A program made the position numbers and the translations under genes. From Spirochaetota bacterium (GTDB lineage: Bacteria; Spirochaetota; UBA4802; UBA5550), in the NCBI GenBank assembly GCA_050298055.1, contig JBNKTL010000024.1:14809-78808 (forward strand): a stretch of 64,000 nucleotides of DNA. Reading direction: 5' to 3'. Under the pieces are notes generated by a model that was not told where the DNA came from, made no database searches, and saw only the letters and a list, made by a program, of their open reading frames with translations. Positions 60,163 through 64,000 of this stretch are shown one piece after another. Numbering within the stretch: position 1 is the first letter of the stretch; each line of letters begins with the position of its first letter.

Positions 60163-61068
60163 ATGGATACCACATTTATTTCACTTGCTTCAAAATCAAA
60201 TTTTAACAAGGCCCTGCGGCATTTTTTCAGTGTTACCGATATAGTTGATGAAGTAGAGTCTGATTCCAACCTGGCAGATGTTGTCAATAAATTGCTGGAT
60301 GCGGATGAAATTCAGCATGAACAGGTTTTGCCCTTTGTTGGCGCAATCATACGGGACAAATTTCAGTACAGCTATGATTCATACAGTTTAACGGAATCGG
60401 TTTCAGATTTTAGTAAAATTGCAGAAGAGGTCTCAAAGTGGAGTGCCCTGGACATAGTGATCGTATACTTTTCGCCTCTTGGTGATGCAGTACTTATCAA
60501 TCCTAAAAACACATCCCATTTTGATATTGCAAGGGAACTCACGAAAGACCAACTGGTGGTTATCTACTCCAAATACTTAAAAAATGATAACAAAAAACTT
60601 GAAGAAGAAGCCATTTCCTCACTGGAAGAGATGCTGGCCGGGAAAGATGTTTTCAGCAATAAAGAATTTATTGACCAGACAAGAGTGGCAAAACCCGTGG
60701 CAGCACCTCAACCCGTTCAGGCTCCCGGGAAAAAATCGAAGAATGTTACCGAAAAATACCCGGTGGTGGTTTCAAACGAACTTTTCCATAATGGCAATGT
60801 TGAAGCCTGGAAAAAAATAATTGAAAGCTATCACACCAAGTTCCCGGATCTCACGGTTACTGTTTACTTCGAAGGTGAACTTATTAATGATATCAATGCT
60901 CTTTTCAAGTGGGGTAAAGTAAAGCACGCGGATTCAATATTTTTTGATGTTGCCGGTGATAATATTAAAGGTGTATCAAAGCTTAAAAAATATCTCTACG
61001 AGGGAGCAAGTCCCCGGTTTGAGCAGTTTTTAAAGGTTGGTATCGGCCAGGTCCTGAACCTGTTTTAG
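60163..61068 (+). CDS. Conserved hypothetical protein with putative C-terminal HPr-like domain
   Basis: RBS aggag; VVVSNELFHNG..KF..VTVYFEG..IN..GKVKHADSI..VAG.N resembles the HPr pattern (by-eye alignment). Confidence 0.7.
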   Translation: MDTTFISLASKSNFNKALRHFFSVTDIVDEVESDSNLADVVNKLLDADEIQHEQVLPFVGAIIRDKFQYSYDSYSLTESVSDFSKIAEEVSKWSALDIVIVYFSPLGDAVLINPKNTSHFDIARELTKDQLVVIYSKYLKNDNKKLEEEAISSLEEMLAGKDVFSNKEFIDQTRVAKPVAAPQPVQAPGKKSKNVTEKYPVVVSNELFHNGNVEAWKKIIESYHTKFPDLTVTVYFEGELINDINALFKWGKVKHADSIFFDVAGDNIKGVSKLKKYLYEGASPRFEQFLKVGIGQVLNLF

Positions 61069-61099
61069 AAAACATGAGAATGATTAAGGAGATAAGTAA

Positions 61100-63706
61100 A
61101 TGGATAAGAATATAATATATTTTAACAAGGATCTGAAAGATCTTGATGAAAAAGTAAGGGAAAAACTCGGTATAAGGGGAAGGAGAGCTGTTGATCTTGC
61201 ATTGATGGGTCTGCCCATTGCTCCGGGTTTTATCATTGATTCCGAACTTACCCTTAAGCTTCCCAAGGTAAATATCAAAACAATGCTGAAAACCTATATC
61301 AATAATATTGAGAAGGAAGTGAAGAAAAAATTCGGAGATCCGGAAAAGCCGCTGATGCTGAAAATGGTATTAAGTTCTGATCTCAATGTTCCTTACTTTC
61401 CCTCTATCCACAACATCGGGATGAATGATCAGACCGTTAAGGGATTCGGGAAAAATACCGGCATCGATTTTGCCTATGGTGAATATGTCTACCTTCTGAG
61501 AAATATCGGGGATAAACTTTTCGATGTTGAAGAGGCTGATAAAAAAAACATCGAGGGAAAGCTCCCTAAAAAACCGAAAGTCGAAGATAATAAAAAAGTT
61601 ATTGCCGACTATAAGAAACACTATGGTGATCAATTTTCCGAAGATGTCTATGATCAGCTGATCAATCTCCTGAAGACCGCGTCAGAGAAATACTGTGATT
61701 CTGATATTGATGTTGATAACTCACTTTCCATAATGATCCAGGCGATGGTCTATGGCAATTTCGGAACAAACTCCTATTCCGGTAACTACTATACGAGAAA
61801 CATTGTAACGGGTGATTCCGAGATACAGGGGGATTTCCTCAAGAATGCCTTTGATTTTGGCTATGGGAAGTCTACGGATATCAAAAAAATTGACAAGAAA
61901 TACTATGACAAGTTTACAAAGATTGCCCAGAACCTCGAAGAAAATTTCAAGGAAGTGAGGAATATCAAGTTTACAATAGAAGAAGGAGACTTCTGGCTGG
62001 TTGAACAGAGGGAAGTGGATGAAAAGTCAACACAGTCCCAGATCAAGTGCCTCCTGGAACTGAACAAACGGAAGAAAATCGAAGATGATTACCTCGTGAA
62101 GAACATCAAACCGAACCAGCTTAATGAGCTGCTTCACCCTGTCATCGATCCGCGGACGATAAAAACAATAAAGAGCATCAAGGGCGGCATTTCCGGATCA
62201 ACCGGTGCGGCCATAGGAAGGGTCTATTTCTCAACAGCCAAGCTCATGGAGGAATACAGAAAAGCCATTATGAAGGGGCAGGATAAAAACGTTATCCTCT
62301 GTCTCCCTGCTTCATACGCGGAGGATGTAAAGGCGATTGAGGTGGCACAGGGTGTACTGACAAACGAAGGCGGATTTTCATCACATGCCCCGGTTGTTGC
62401 GCGAAGCCTCGGAAAGGTGGCAATGGTCCAGCCCGATATGAAGATCAGGGGGAATACGTTTACCCTGGGGGGGAAAACGGTAAAAGAAGGTGATTACATC
62501 TCCATGAATGTTCCTTATTATGAGGACCCGACCATATACCTGGGCAAGGTCGGGTTGATTGAGCCCGATTTTAAAAAGAACGGGCTGCATGATTTTCTTG
62601 CGGTAACTGAGAACTTTATCGATGAATTCGATGTTCATGCAAATGCCGACCAGGGGAGGGACGCGATTGTTGCCCGGGAATTCAATGCAACGGGGATCGG
62701 GCTCTGCAGAACCGAGCATATGTTCTTTAATGAAAAAAGGATCATGAAGTTCAGAGAGATGGTCATCGCCGATGATGAGAAGGAGAGGAGAAAGGCCCTG
62801 GACCAGCTTCTTCCAATGCAGCGGTCGGATTTTTATGACCTTTTCAAGGTCATGGGCGGATACCCGGTTACTATCCGTCTCCTTGACGCCCCGCTTCACG
62901 AGTTTCTCCCGAGATCTGAAGCGAGCATGAAGGACTTTATCAAGTATATGAAGACCCGGAAGAAGAGTGCTTCTCCCACAGAGATAAGGGCACGGTGCGA
63001 GGAGCTGGGGGAGATGAACCCCATGCTCGGTCACAGGGGGTGCAGGGTGGCCGTAACATATCCCGAGATATACGAAATGCAGTGCCGGGGAATTTTTGAA
63101 GCTGCCTGTATGCTGAAAAAAGAGGGTCTCGATGTAAAGCCTGAAATAATGATACCCATTGTCATGACAGAAGAGGAGATCAAGTTTGTCAAGAATGGGA
63201 AAAAGATAGAGGGTACAACTGTCAAAGGGATCAGGGACATCATGGCCGAGGTCGTGGAAGAGTATGGCTTTGATGAGCTGGAATATAAGGTGGGAACCAT
63301 GATTGAGCTTCCTGCCGCGGCACTGGGTGCGGGAAATATCGCCAAGTATGCGGAGTTTTTCAGTTTTGGAACAAACGACCTGACACAGACTACATACGGT
63401 CTTTCACGGGATGACTCCAACACCTTCTTCCCCGATTACTCTCTCTTTGACCTTTTGAAACACAACCCGTTTAAATATCTCGGAGATGAGGTTAAGGAGC
63501 TTATCAGTGTGGCTTCCATCAGGGGTAAGCTGACACGGCCGGATATCATGATGGGACTCTGCGGTGAACATGGTGCTAATCCCGATAACATCAGATTCCT
63601 CATGGAAGCCGGGCTTAACTACGTATCATGTTCCCCCTATTCCGTACCTCTTGCAAAACTTGCAATAGCTCAGATAAATATTGAGGCCCGGGAAGCTGAT
63701 AATTAA
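61100..63706 (+). CDS. Pyruvate phosphate dikinase-like PEP-utilising protein with degenerate nucleotide-binding domain
   Basis: GGFSSHAPVVAR (His429), GLCRTEHMF, NPMLGHRGCR, FGTNDLTQ, GLCGEHG intact; N-terminal ATP motifs altered. Confidence 0.88.
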   Translation: MDKNIIYFNKDLKDLDEKVREKLGIRGRRAVDLALMGLPIAPGFIIDSELTLKLPKVNIKTMLKTYINNIEKEVKKKFGDPEKPLMLKMVLSSDLNVPYFPSIHNIGMNDQTVKGFGKNTGIDFAYGEYVYLLRNIGDKLFDVEEADKKNIEGKLPKKPKVEDNKKVIADYKKHYGDQFSEDVYDQLINLLKTASEKYCDSDIDVDNSLSIMIQAMVYGNFGTNSYSGNYYTRNIVTGDSEIQGDFLKNAFDFGYGKSTDIKKIDKKYYDKFTKIAQNLEENFKEVRNIKFTIEEGDFWLVEQREVDEKSTQSQIKCLLELNKRKKIEDDYLVKNIKPNQLNELLHPVIDPRTIKTIKSIKGGISGSTGAAIGRVYFSTAKLMEEYRKAIMKGQDKNVILCLPASYAEDVKAIEVAQGVLTNEGGFSSHAPVVARSLGKVAMVQPDMKIRGNTFTLGGKTVKEGDYISMNVPYYEDPTIYLGKVGLIEPDFKKNGLHDFLAVTENFIDEFDVHANADQGRDAIVAREFNATGIGLCRTEHMFFNEKRIMKFREMVIADDEKERRKALDQLLPMQRSDFYDLFKVMGGYPVTIRLLDAPLHEFLPRSEASMKDFIKYMKTRKKSASPTEIRARCEELGEMNPMLGHRGCRVAVTYPEIYEMQCRGIFEAACMLKKEGLDVKPEIMIPIVMTEEEIKFVKNGKKIEGTTVKGIRDIMAEVVEEYGFDELEYKVGTMIELPAAALGAGNIAKYAEFFSFGTNDLTQTTYGLSRDDSNTFFPDYSLFDLLKHNPFKYLGDEVKELISVASIRGKLTRPDIMMGLCGEHGANPDNIRFLMEAGLNYVSCSPYSVPLAKLAIAQINIEAREADN

Positions 63707-63718
63707 ACAGTCTTATAA

Positions 63719-63746
63719 ACAGGCGCGGCGGTTTTGCCGCGCCTGT
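63719..63746 (+). terminator. Hairpin, probable terminator
   Basis: ACAGGCGCGGC-ggtttt-GCCGCGCCTGT after the PPDK-like gene; no clear T tail. Confidence 0.5.
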
Positions 63747-63781
63747 AAGAGAAAAACAATATCACGCCTGTAATTGAGATA

Positions 63782-64000
63782 GTGGGAAAAATATCAACCG
63801 AACTCAGGGAAATCTATCTCTTCCTTAAAAACAATAACGATTCAATTATTATAATGAGCGCAGCTGTTCTTTTCCTTATCCTGGGAAAATATATGGGGAT
63901 AAGGCCCGGCTGGTTTAATGCGTTTCTTTTCTATTTTCTTTTCCCGGCTCTTGTAATACTGCTGTTGCTGAGAAAAAATCCCCTGGATTTCGGGTTGAGG
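63782..64000 (+). CDS. 5' part of a membrane protein, probably CPBP/CAAX-protease family (runs off window)
   Basis: Open frame from GTG 63782: ..SAAVLFLILG..FLFPALVILLLLRKNPLDFGLR. Confidence 0.5.
   Translation, partial: MGKISTELREIYLFLKNNNDSIIIMSAAVLFLILGKYMGIRPGWFNAFLFYFLFPALVILLLLRKNPLDFGLR

Overview
Ordinary chromosomal segment of a probably anaerobic spirochaete: it carries cfpA, a spirochaete-type flgN-flgK-flgL-fliW-csrA operon, Leptospira-like hypothetical families and PFOR. Housekeeping genes include glnS, gltX, thiL, rpmB, rsmD, cobB, mutL, split coaC/coaB, lolC/E-lolD, archaeal-type aroA'/aroB' and nifJ. It also holds a CIRCE-preceded triple Hsp20 operon, a 6S RNA gene and a decayed AT-rich first 4 kb with a brnT pseudogene and a truncated QueG-like gene. 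The best candidate for an undescribed system is the module downstream of cfpA: a PPDK homologue whose ATP-grasp catalytic residues are replaced but whose phospho-His and PEP sites are intact, next to a hypothetical protein ending in an HPr-like His domain, suggesting a PEP-driven phosphorelay. Other candidates are a 7-gene SPFH/DUF4178/DUF350/membrane aminopropyltransferase operon, an astacin-porin-tetraheme cytochrome-HAMP cluster, a CLec/FGE gene with a DGR-like variable tail followed by a tandem repeat and perfect palindrome, and several small intergenic hairpin elements. No rRNA, tRNA, CRISPR array, reverse transcriptase, transposase or integrase was seen. All family calls come from reading motifs by eye; no database search was run.
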